A stretch of 63,239 nt of DNA, taken from contig CAYHNZ010000002.1 of the NCBI GenBank assembly GCA_964358205.1, positions 1 through 63,239 of the forward strand. The letters are read 5' to 3'. The first letter of the stretch is position 1, and the number at the start of each line of letters is the position of its first letter. The notes beneath the pieces are model-generated. The model worked only from the letters and a program-made list of their open reading frames with translations, made no database searches and had not been told where the DNA came from. The stretch is from an uncultured Candidatus Saccharibacteria bacterium. GTDB taxonomy: Bacteria > Patescibacteriota > UBA1384 > 2-12-FULL-50-11. Below are positions 62,945 to 63,239 of this stretch, in pieces. The position numbers were made by a program, and so were the translations under genes.

Positions 62945-63056
62945 TTTCTCCTTTCGTCAAAGATTCATTCTTTTCGGTACGCAGTTCCGCTTTCCAGCGA
63001 AGCGGACTGCTCGGGTCTCGCCGCCGTCACTTCTCGTTTCACTCGAAGACCAAGCT

Positions 63057-63111
63057 GACGGCTGGCTCCGACACGCCCGAAAAGCTCGAATCTTTGCCTC
63101 AAGGCAGCCTC
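63057..63111. repeat. Direct repeat, copy 1 (55 nt or more)
   Basis: GACGGCTGGCTCCGACACGCCCGAAAAGCTCGAATCTTTGCCTCAAGGCAGCCTC recurs exactly at 63185-63239. Confidence 0.95.
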
Positions 63112-63184
63112 TGCGGGGAGATTGGCGAGACGCCCGCGCGAGCACAATTCTTAAACAATGAGCGATATTTTAAGATGCAGTGGG

Positions 63185-63239
63185 GACGGCTGGCTCCGAC
63201 ACGCCCGAAAAGCTCGAATCTTTGCCTCAAGGCAGCCTC
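63185..63239. repeat. Direct repeat, copy 2 (truncated by the window end)
   Basis: Exact copy of 63057-63111, with a period of 128 nt. Confidence 0.95.

Noticed and set aside
63057-63239. Possible CRISPR array at the window end.
   Set aside because: The repeat unit is at least 55 nt, longer than typical CRISPR repeats. Only two copies are visible, and there are no cas genes in the window. It is kept as a generic direct repeat instead.

Overview
This is a 63.2-kb window of a compact bacterial chromosome with a host GC background of roughly 45% by eye. It uses the standard genetic code: RF2 is present and TGA is used as a stop.

Core genes:
- Translation and ribosome: cysS, prfB, ybaB, pth, rplA, an rplJ-rplL operon, tgt, ybeY, yqeY, rpsU, def, cca.
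- Secretion and division: secD-secF, ftsA-ftsZ.
- Other: trxA, a class II B12-dependent nrdJ with a PduO-type adenosyltransferase, and lexA.

Several features fit a reduced-genome Patescibacteria/CPR-like organism, but this placement is inference, not proven:
- Ribosomal proteins L1 and L10 carry extensions.
- There are two tandem VirD4/TraD-like ATPases.
- Nudix, HD, HIT, CYTH and 2H nucleotide-handling enzymes are abundant.
- No biosynthetic operons are present.

I recognise no rRNA, tRNA or CRISPR array.

Unusual structure layered on the core genes:
1. GC-rich islands encode secreted, LPXTG-anchored or membrane proteins (563-1417, 3066-5800, 10724-13554, 34328-34924, 51589-52875).
2. In two cases the 3' end of an essential gene (rplL, ftsZ) is duplicated around inserted cargo. 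Each has an identical core plus a purely synonymous recoded flank. One case creates a Nudix protein carrying the FtsZ C-terminal peptide.
3. A mosaic, hairpin-rich repeat family occurs in six copies with compensatory base changes.
4. A cassette-like run of small enzyme genes (45.0-50.3 kb, minus strand) has genes individually preceded by the same promoter-like module.
5. Degenerate heptanucleotide-periodic arrays fill many intergenic spacers and intrude into several ORFs.
6. tgt contains an in-frame perfect 47-nt palindrome.
7. Two genes are interrupted by single in-frame stops.

All functional calls come from motifs read in the supplied translations. No database search was run.
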